From Lingula anatina (lineage: Eukaryota > Animalia > Brachiopoda), in NCBI GenBank assembly GCA_051362555.1, contig CM120649.1, positions 3,410,001 through 3,474,000 on the forward strand: a stretch of 64,000 nucleotides of DNA, in the 5' to 3' direction. Positions 54,172 to 64,000 of this stretch are shown piece after piece. The position numbers and the translations under genes were made by a program. The first letter of the stretch is position 1. The number at the start of each line of letters is the position of its first letter. The notes under the pieces were generated by a model. That model had not been told where the DNA came from and made no database searches. It saw nothing but the letters and a program-made list of their open reading frames with translations.

Positions 54172-57100
54172 ATGTACTAACAGTGAACTATCATGGGTCA
54201 AAATAGCCCATTCTTAAATTATAATATAACACCATAAGCTTTAGACTGAGGTGAAACCTGATGTGAAAGACGTGCTCTTTATGGGCACCCAGCTCCATAT
54301 TATTAACGACAGCAGTGGGGCATATAGTGGAACACATCCCCCTCTTTAACTTCAGAGGCATCCTTATCCATCCTTTCCATCCTACACATTTCAAAAAAGT
54401 TTAACAGGTGAAAAAAAACCAACCGCTTTCCCTTCCTTTGCCCTACATACATGTATTATAGTAAATTTATCCTCGTTTACCATTTCATATTACCGAACGT
54501 AGCGACATGTTATTTCTTTACCTTTACTTCCTTCATTTCTGCATTTGAAAGACCGAGCTTTCAACTGTCACTACAGCCTTATCATAGTGATATCAGGCTA
54601 AGGTAGATGACGATGAATTGCGTGTATATGGAGAAATTACAGGTATACATTAACGCAGAGCATTTTTACCTGTATATAATCCACATGGCTTTTCCTTAGT
54701 CTACGATTGGACCGAGGCATCATTTTTTATCATTGCTCTAGGCTCACCAATGTACTGTTTTAGACACATCTATATTATCTGTGTCATCTTGAACATTGGA
54801 CCGACCTCACCGCTATGACTGATGCCCGTCTCCTCTGTACAAACTCTGATCGATCGCTAAATCAACATTGCAGTAATCTTCATATTATGGTTTTGATTTA
54901 AGATTATCCTAAGCCTGTGTGAACGACCATCCTGGTTGATAAAACTGTGTCGTTTTATCCTTGCTCGATAATCCCTAACAACCGACAACTCCGTACGGTA
55001 AATACTCGCTAAATTCGGTCAGAATATTGATTTATAAAATTTCCCTAATTTAATCTGAAGGAAGTGATTTAAAAGTTTTGAAAAGACAGCTGAGTAACTT
55101 GAATTGATGAATATTTGAAAAATTGCTAACTGACACATCGACAGATCCAGCATTTTGCTAATGGGGAAACACAAGGAAAAAACAATGATTAAAACTGTAA
55201 ACGATAACAGGTTATTTTTAATACGGAGGGAACAGAGATAAATCCTTCATTTTTCTTCGCTCTGTTTGTTATCTTTTTTTTCTTTGAGAGAGTGAGAAGG
55301 GGGAGAAAGGGGGAGAAGGGGCGCCTCAAAAATTTAGGGAGTAACATGTGTCCACCTTTCCTCTGTCTGAGCGTGATGGAGGTTCCTTAAAGTTTGGCGT
55401 ATTTTCTCTAAGTTCAAATCCAGGAGGTTTATTTCATTCCCACTCCTTTGTCACGGCTTTTCATTAAGAGCCACTCTCCACTCTTACCCCTCTCTCCCTC
55501 TCTCTCCCCCCACCCCCTACAGCATCAGATAAGGAGGACATCGTTCCACATCTACTGCTCCTATTCCAATCGACCAAGGATTACATAATGACAAATAAAA
55601 CGAGTCAGTGTGACAACCGACCCTGGTTTTACTACCATTATAACTGAACTGACTGAAGTATGGCATTCCAAGTGGACTGTTAATGACATTTGAAAAACAC
55701 GGGCTATACATTTGTATGTAAGCTGTTTATGTAGGTCTACCCTGTGTAGTTGTAAATGCAGCTGTAGGCCCAGTAAACATGAATAGGCCCACATTTAAGT
55801 TAACTTCGTCCTGGCCAAAGAAAAGAACATTTTAGTTGAACAAAATACAGCCACGTCTATGTATCTCTCCTTCGAGGAACTATGAAGTACCCATCGCGTG
55901 CATGTGAAGGCGTCAGATTAGCCTAATATCCCTTTTGAAAAATCCGTTATCCCCCTACATTCAAACCCTATGGAACAAATAGCTACATGTATGACTACAC
56001 GGCCGCATACACTGCTGTGTAATACACGCTGTTCGTGGTTTAAACCCGTGGTCCTAACACCAGCCGTCCACTGTCCAGTACTCACCTGTTAGTTGACCAA
56101 GTCTCCATAGCTCTTAGTGCCCTTCTCTGTACAGCGGTTGACTCATTATCGCCAAAGTTTGCCAACACTGCTTAATAACAATGCGACCTCGAGGCCGCCA
56201 TGCGAGCCTCCAGTTTACCCTAGCAACGCTTAGCAACAACCTCGGGTCGCTCCGATAATCCGCGAGCACGGTCGAAGAGATGAAGGGTTTTCGAGCGAGT
56301 GGGTTTATCAGTTTTATCTGTTTTGATATATTGGCTGATGTTGTTTAATTATAGTAAATGTGGTTTATTCAGCTCTTTCAATGTCCTTTCTCTAGTAATT
56401 TTTCCGCCAGGCAAACGTGTAGCCCAATCACAACGCCCTCTGGAAAATAGTAAAATACACAAACCCAAATAAAGCCTTCTTTGTGCTAGTTTGGCCGTAT
56501 AAAAGGCGATTTAACCAGCGCTGTGCGTTTGAACTTAATAAAAGGGGCGCTGTGTGCATTTCACTGTTATAAATACTGCTAAGGAAAATGTCTCGTTTTT
56601 CTATGGCCTGTGTTTGTTATCGCAACGCACGTGTAATATGGGGGGGGGGGGGGTCATGTGCATGTAACCACTACATTTTCTTCCGTGTTTTAAAGTCAAT
56701 GTGTATATGCTTATTTGTATGACATGTAGACTTAATCTGAGTTTCATGAATCTTTGTACGCCTGTTTGATAAACGTATGCAGTGCGGTATTCACGATATC
56801 CACTTTTCTTCATTCAACTAATTCTGATTTGTTTTTAAATTAATAATGCTGATGCTTTGCTTTTAATTAATTATATACCCGCTAAGATCATCATTTGAAT
56901 ATCATATAATATTGAGTATTTCTTTGCAGTTCACTGCACAGAGGATAAGTTCATTTTTGGTTTGAATCTTTCCATTCCAGACAGCTTTGTGCTAATGTTA
57001 GAGATAACTTTTCAAATTAAAAAAAATCGCTCAAAAGTAGTATTTCTTCGTGAAGCTGCATGTGACCGTTCACTCCGAACAAAAACATATACGGCGAATT

Positions 57101-57649
57101 GCTAGAACGAAAAAAAACAGATGCTATTCCAGCATGTAACGACCAGCATAAATCTCATCGATTTCAATTTGTGTAACCCGGTCTAAGAAAACTGGAAAAT
57201 TCTTATTTAATTACTTCAATAACTTTACGAAAATAGGGCCCCACGTGAGTGTTCATAGCTCTTTTATGTTATTTAATTCTACTTTGTCTTTTTTATCTTT
57301 TTTTTTTCAATTTTTCACTAGTGATCCATATTGTGCATTATTTTATTTCATTTATTTAACATGGTATATTACAAATAAGTCACATCAGTATATCAGTAAT
57401 AGAGCAAATTTCTTAATGTTAGAAAACTCGACATAGGTGTCCTACAGCTGCACAAAGAAGCAGCGGTGATAACATAAAAAAACGTTGACTATGTGACGCC
57501 ATTTCGGACCTGAAAACCACCCATATTAAAAGAGCGAATCAATCATGCAGTCTTTTGACTTTATTTAACATTTACATAAAAATCCCGATAAAAATACACA
57601 CCGGATAAGGAAACGACTTTTTTAATATTCGGAAAAAGTTTGGTTCGAG

Positions 57650-57701
57650 GGGGCTTCCCCTGTGACGTCATTCAGATCGATACGGGACCAAGAAGGTGAG
57701 T
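57650..57701 (+). promoter_or_regulatory. NF-kB site + CRE + initiator-like motif + splice donor (copy 1)
   Basis: GGGGCTTCCCC 57650-57660, TGACGTCA 57663-57670 overlapping TCATTC, donor AAG|GTGAGT at 57695/57696. Confidence 0.55.
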
Positions 57702-58228
57702 GGAGCCTAAAAACTTTTCTTATATTTTACATAATTGTACGACATCAATCTGACCATAATGTTGGTTAAATTAATAACTGTATTTGGTAGATATGAGGAT
57801 CGGACTCGCAATGTTAATTGCAACACTATTCACTAACTATCAAGCCGTTATGAAATACAGGTATATAAAGTTCGATCTTAGACAAAATGGCGACACACCG
57901 CGGTAAAGGATAAACACGCCAGTGAAAAACTCGAAATGAAAACGATAACAAGCTTATCTACTGTATCAACCAAACCATAAATGGCTGTCTACATATGTAC
58001 ACATAATGTAATATAGATAAGGCGCGTTAATTAAGCTCTACTGTTGTGTCTTTAAAATACTAGTGAATATACAAATAATTTGGGATTGAAAGGTTGGTCT
58101 TGTCTTCAGCCTCACAACATTAATAATGATGCAAGTAATAATTCATACCCGATAAAGATAAATTGTCCTTAATCGGAGCCTTTTATCAAACCCCAAATCA
58201 AGCCTTTTTTCAATCTAATTGGAAACCT

Positions 58229-58297
58229 GGAAATTTCCATTTCGATGGGGATTCCCCTTGACGTCATCTATATCGATAGTGAAACAGAAAGGTAGGT
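58229..58297 (+). promoter_or_regulatory. two NF-kB sites + CRE + splice donor (copy 2)
   Basis: GGAAATTTCC 58229-58238, GGGGATTCCCC 58247-58257, TGACGTCA 58259-58266, donor AAG|GTAGGT at 58291/58292. Confidence 0.55.
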
Positions 58298-58847
58298 AGG
58301 GCCTCAAGACAATGGTACTCCCAGTGTTTTAAATAATTATAAGATATCACTTTGAATTAAATAGCATATATAAATGTATAAAACGCAGCATTTCATAGAT
58401 AGGATATAACACACAGTGTAAACTGTTACATGTTTCACGAACTTAGAAGGCGTAAAGACATCCGATCATCTACAATATGGCGATCTACATTATTGAGGCC
58501 AACGACGTAAAACGACCTAGTTTACCTAGTCAGGCCATTGCACACGGAGCTATTTAAAATCGTTTAACTATATTGGCGGGAGCTAGAGTAGCGTACAAGA
58601 TCACCTGCTACAGTGTAGCATTACCGGTAACTACCGGTACATGTTAAAAACAGGGTGATACTAGTAAGTACACTGAGATGCATATTTTAAGAGATGCATA
58701 TTTGGAATCTTTTAAAGAAAACTATATAAACATTATCATATACCCAGTTCATATTGTGTGAACTTGTAACTCCAGGTCAGCTGAACAAACCGTATCTCAG
58801 GTGAATAGTCCTGCCCAGTGGCTGCATCTCGTTAAGGCACACTCACG

Positions 58848-61800
58848 ATGTCGTCCCCTCTCCACGACGCTGCAGAGGTAGGAGATATCGACAAAGAGCG
58901 TCGCCTGCTAGAAAGTCAAATATACTATGTAAACGAGAGGACAGACATGGGTGGATGGGGTGGACTTGTAAGTATTGCCAAAAATGAGCATGCAAAGCAT
59001 ATTGAGAATTTGCTACTGATATGAATAAAAAGGCAGTAATTGGAAATTGATAATAGTTGATAATAGTTACACAGTAACATGCCTCGCAAACATTGTACAG
59101 AGCGCGTGGAGCACTGCACTGAAGGTACATGTATATGCATGGTGCTTGAAATGTACACGTTTTAGTTTGGTTGCGTTACACAAGTAGTTTTTAATTGTTT
59201 AAAATGCATTTTCGTCCGTTAACATTACACGTGGGTTTTTATACTCTTTTTGAAATGTGTGTTAACCGATTGTGACTTGTAATTAATACTTCATACTTAA
59301 TAATAATCTCAAATTAAGGAATCAAAAGAATCTTAATTCAAATTCTAGTCCTTAAATCCGTGTATAACACCATTTGTGAATTTTCAAAAAAACTTATAAG
59401 TTCGATTTGACACTTGAAAATAAAACCTCTTAAGTCTCTCTTTGTTACATACGTAGTTATCAAATATACAGGGTTACTACTTAATTTGGAATTTTTTTAT
59501 CATTGTTATTTTTGAGTGCTTATTAAAATTTATTTGGCTTGACCCATCAAAAAAGTATGTCATTGAGTGATAAAAATATCCAGTCTTCAATTGTGAGATA
59601 TTTTGGTCAATAATATCAAATCTGACATAAGATGGCATTCAAAAGAAAAGAACACCCCCAGAAAACCATATCAACAGTTTGATGTCAATATTAATTTTAA
59701 GCTCAAATATTAAAGAAAATGATAGCCTCCGGACAGTGATATGTTACCCAGTCAAAGAACTCATTACAGTAAATCATGAAAAGGCATCAATAGCGGGTAT
59801 GACTTCCAGCAGCCGCTTGCAGCGCCCTCATCCTACATGGCATACCCTGTGACAGGTTTTTTACAGTTTGGATGGGGATATCATTCCACGCAGTGATATT
59901 TGCCTGTCGCAGTTCATCACTCTTTATCGGCCGATGACCATAGCTATTAATTCTGTGAGTTACTTCCGCACACATATTTTCAATTGGGTTAATATCTGGA
60001 GAGTTTGCAGGCCAGGGCAGTTGTTGAACCTATCGGTTTTGAAGAAAAACAGTGATTCTGCGAGCTCGATGTGGGGTTGCGCAGTCGTCTTGGTACACAA
60101 AGTTGTTCCTGAAATGACTCGTACAAATCGAAGCATTGTTTGCTGTAGAATGTCTCTGTAGGAACCCTGGTTGAGATTGCCTCCCAGAAAAACCAACTGG
60201 TTCTGGGCAACGGCATGAAATGCTCCCAAAACAGAAATGTTACCATCCCCTTCTTGCACCCTAGGTAGCACATAATCATCGTTTTTGCCTCTTGTACACG
60301 TCGGCGGACACGGATTTGACAGTCAACCCTATAAACTCCATATCCGGCCTCATCGCCGCAAACCGACGTGATTCCAGTGTTTTGGCTGCAAACGCACGTA
60401 ATCCCCAGCCCTTTGCCAACGTCGCTGTATATGACCTGCTGTTAACAGTGGTTTCTCTACTGGTCTTCGTGCAAAATAACCGGCTTGCAGTAATCTCTTG
60501 TTCACGAGGGACCTTGAAACGGGCGTTTGAATGACATTCTGCCACTCTTTTCTGAGGACACTGCTTGTCTTTGTACGACCAGCACGGTTAACTCTAAGTA
60601 GAAAGCGATCCTGTCTTTTTGTTATGATACGCAGACACCCTGGCCGAGGTGTTGGAGCAGGTGCTTTTGTTGTAGCATTACTTTGGAGGACTTTACTAAC
60701 GGTTCCTGATAAATGTTTCATTGCCTGGCAACGGCTGTCCGTTTCTGGCCATTTTGTCTAAGAGCAATAATCCTATTGTAAGCTGCGTTGCTCAGCTGTT
60801 GAACCATATCTTCTCCAAGGTACCTGTCAAGTTTCAGAGCGATTGCTTCTGTAATTACACGCCAAAGATTGGCCAAACCCATGCGTTTTTATACAAGAGC
60901 AGAAATTGCCGAAAAGACCACCCTTCACATTTCTGACCACAGAACATGCAACTGCATGCATCAATTGTTTCGAGAGTTGTGTGGCAATTAGGTAACACAC
61001 CTAGCTACATATGGAGTGACACCTCAATTTTGGATTTAATGAAGTTAGAGAGAAAATAAATATTTTGTAGACAATTTACTGGCCAAAAAATAATATTCCA
61101 CATTAAGTAGTAACCCTGTATTTAATGTATTTTTGCATTAACATATTATGTTTTTTAAAAATTATTATTGATACGTGAATAAACCTATTGCGGCATGTAA
61201 TTAATCTTTAATACTCTTAAATAATCTCATATTGAAAAATCTAAGAATCTTAATTCGAGGTCCAGTCCTTATATCCGTATATCGAATCATTTGTGAATAT
61301 TCAAATCAAAGAACTCTACAGTTGGATTTTACACTTTAAATTATCTTCCTTAAAATGTAAACCGAAACCAAAGAAGCCGTAGGCCCTACAAAGGAGGAAT
61401 TTTGCAATGTATTCGAGTTTTAAGAAAGACACCTCAGATATCTTTGAAATAACAAAAAACCTAATATATACCAACATTACGCACGGCCTTACAGGATACA
61501 CGTTAGCAGTCTTCCCTTCAATAACACATTAGTATAAATATCAACATGTACATCATCTCCCTTACCTGCTGTGATGTACTAGAATATCATCTCTTTGATG
61601 CTCTGCTGTTTGAAGATCAAAATAATTTTGATTTATTCAATTAACATTTATCCCATTTTATAAAAATCCACTTACATGACATAAAATATCTGTCTGTCTG
61701 GTATGTCGCTTCATTGAAAACATTGTGTATCTTCAGGATGGCTGGACACCTCTTCATTACGCTGCTTTGTGTGGTCACTGTAATGCCGCAGCTCTCCTCA

Positions 61801-64000
61801 TCCAGCACGGAACTGATCCCTCCAGTACTGACAAGGTATGTATAAGTGTGTTATACTTGAAATATACCACCCCTTCTTTAGTTTTTCTGTGTTATATACG
61901 AAGTAATTGAATATCTTTAAAATACCGATAACTAAAAACTGCTAATATTTCATCAACATTACACACGTTAATACACATATTAATAAAGCATTAACGGATA
62001 AACGTCAGTAGTCTTTCCTTCAACAACACATAAGTAAAGATACCAACATTTACATAATCTTCCTTACGTTCTGTTGTGCATATGTCATCTCTCTGAAGCA
62101 CTGTTTTTTAAAGATGAAAATAGTTTTGATACATTTAATTAACAGTGCACCCCGTTTTATAATGATCCATTTACATTTCATAAAACTTGTCTGTCTGGTA
62201 TGTCACTTCATTGAGAGCATTGTGTATCTTCAGGATGGCAGGACGCCTCTTCATTGCGCTGTTATATGTGGTCACTACGATGTAGCAGCTCTCCTCATCC
62301 AGCACGGAGCTGATCTTTCCAGTACAGACGAAGTATGTATATGTGTGTTATACTTGAAATATACCACCCCTTCATTAGTTTGTCTGTGTTTTATACGAAG
62401 TAATTGAATATCTTTAAAATACCGATAACTAAAAACTGCTAATATTTACTGCTAACATTACACACGGTCTTAATATTAATAAAGTATTTTAATGCTTATC
62501 CCTTAAAAGGGATAAACGCTAGCAGCCTTTCCTTTGACAACACATTAGTATAGATACCAACATCTACATAATCTTCCTTACGTGTTTGCGTATATGTCAT
62601 CTTCCTTAAGCACTGTTTTTTAAAGATGAAAATAGTTTTGATACATTTAATTAAAAGTGACCCCCCCTGTTTTATAATGATCCATTTACATTTCATACAA
62701 TATGTGTCTGTCTGGTATGTCACTTCATTAAAAATATTGTGTATCTCCAGTATGGCTGGACGCCTCTTCATTACGCTGCTGAGGGTGGTCACTGCGATGT
62801 AGTAACTCTCCTCATCCAGCACGGAGCTGATCCCTCCAGTACTAACAAGGTATGTATATGTGTGTTATACTTGAAATATACCACCCCTTCTTTAGTTTGT
62901 CTGTGTTTTATACGAAGTAATTGAATATCTTTAAAATACTGATAACTAAAAACTGCTAATATTTCATCAACATTACACACGGTCTTAATATTAATAAAGC
63001 ATTAAGGGATAAACGCTAGCAGCCTTTCCTTTAACAACACATTAGTATAGATACCAACATCTACATAATCTTCCTTACGTGCTTGCGTATATGTCATCTT
63101 CCTTAAGCACTGTTTTTTAAAGATGAAAATAGTTTTGATACATTTAATTAAAAGTGCCCCCCCCCCCTCCCCGTTTTATAATGATCCATTTACATTTCAT
63201 ACAATATGTGTCTGTCTGGTATGTCACTTCATTGAAAACATTGTGTATCTTCAGCTTGGCAGGACGCCTCTTCATTGCGCTGCTAGAGTTGGTCACTGCA
63301 ATGCAGTAACTCTCCTCATCCAGCACGGAGCTGATCCCCGCCGTGAAGACATTGTAGGTATATGTGCGGTGCTTGAAAAAACAACCCAATCATCAGTGTC
63401 TATTTTTTATATACGCAGAAATTAAATATATTTAATTTATATTTTTCATTAACATATTGTGTATTTTAAATATTATTATCATTGATACATTTATAAAGTA
63501 ATTGCGGTATTTAATTAATCTTTGATACTCTAAAATAATCTCAAATTGAGAAATCGAAAGAATCTCTACTCGAGGCCCAGTCCTTAAACCCAAATATCGA
63601 ATCCTTTATGAAGTTTCAAAATAAAGAACAATACAGTTGGATTTACGCTTTAAATTGCTGAAAATATTCCTTAAAAAATGCTATATCACATAAGTTTAAA
63701 TATCTACAGGTACATCATCTCCCTTACCTGCTGTGATATACTAGTATGTTATCTCTTTGAGGCACTGCTGTTTGAAGGTCAAATAATTTTGATTGATTCA
63801 ATCAACAGTGCATCCCATTTTATTAAAAATCCACTTACATTTCATACAATATGTGTGTGTCTGGTATGTCACTTCATTAAAAGCATTGTGTATATCTCCA
63901 GGATGGCGGGACGCCTCTTCATTACGCTGCTCATTTTGGTGACTACGATTTCAAATTGAGAAATCAAAAGAATCTCAGTTCGAGGCCCAGTCCTTAAACC
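58848..64000 (+). CDS. ankyrin-repeat protein, 5' part (probably continues beyond the window)
   Basis: First coding exon 58848-58967 MSSPLHDAAEVGDIDKERRLLESQIYYVNERTDMGGWGGL (N-cap repeat, donor GTAAGT). Then phase-0 99-nt exons 61737-61835, 62234-62332, 62751-62849, 63255-63353, each xGxTPLHxAxxxGHxxxxxLLIQHGxD, and a truncated fifth exon from 63902. Confidence 0.85.
59469..61118 (-). mobile_element. Tc1/mariner element, full length but inactivated
   Basis: TIRs CAGGGTTACTACTTAAT(T/G)TGGAAT at both ends. TA duplication at 59467-59468 and 61119-61120. Confidence 0.92.
59787..60807 (-). pseudogene. Tc1-family transposase pseudogene (frameshifted)
   Basis: Fragments in different frames: PRPGCLRIITKRQDRFL, RPVEKPLLT...W, GNISVLGAF...YRDILQQTM, AWNDIP...MPCRMRALQAAAGSHTRY*. 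Confidence 0.88.
61490..64000 (+). repeat. tandem array of intron+ankyrin-exon units, period about 500 bp
   Basis: Exon starts spaced 497, 517, 504 and 647 bp. Intronic blocks such as TGTCTGGTATGTCACTTCATT and TTATACTTGAAATATACCACCCCTTC recur between units. Confidence 0.93.

Noticed and set aside
61490-64000. Regular conserved/variable alternation superficially like a CRISPR array
   Set aside because: Period is about 500 bp, variable parts are spliceable ankyrin exons, there are no cas genes, and the context is eukaryotic.

Overview
AT-rich, intron-containing invertebrate animal DNA, read by eye. Left to right: (1) a complete hAT DNA transposon (1994-5636) with an intact six-exon transposase and an atypical 6-bp target duplication; (2) a decayed ISL2EU-type element, MITEs and a tRNA-Thr(CGT); (3) a convergent pair of NOX5-family NADPH oxidase genes, A (+, 13 exons, about 1098 aa, degenerate EF-hands) and B (-, 11 coding exons, about 830 aa, no EF-hand exons found), both with a very large insertion in the dehydrogenase domain; (4) an MFHAS1-like LRR-Roc-COR gene (-) and a LINE 3' fragment; (5) the 5' part of an ankyrin-repeat gene (+) that runs off the window and has a dead Tc1 element in an intron. 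The ankyrin gene is the best candidate for an undescribed system. It is a tandem array of 99-bp phase-0 one-repeat exons that differ far more than their flanking introns, almost only by amino-acid changes, with the strongest variation at ankyrin target-binding (DARPin-randomised) positions. A duplicated NF-kB + CRE module lies upstream, suggesting a diversifying 'natural DARPin' immune-type receptor. The apparently EF-hand-less NOX5 paralogue is the second candidate. Gene models are manual splice reconstructions without transcript evidence.
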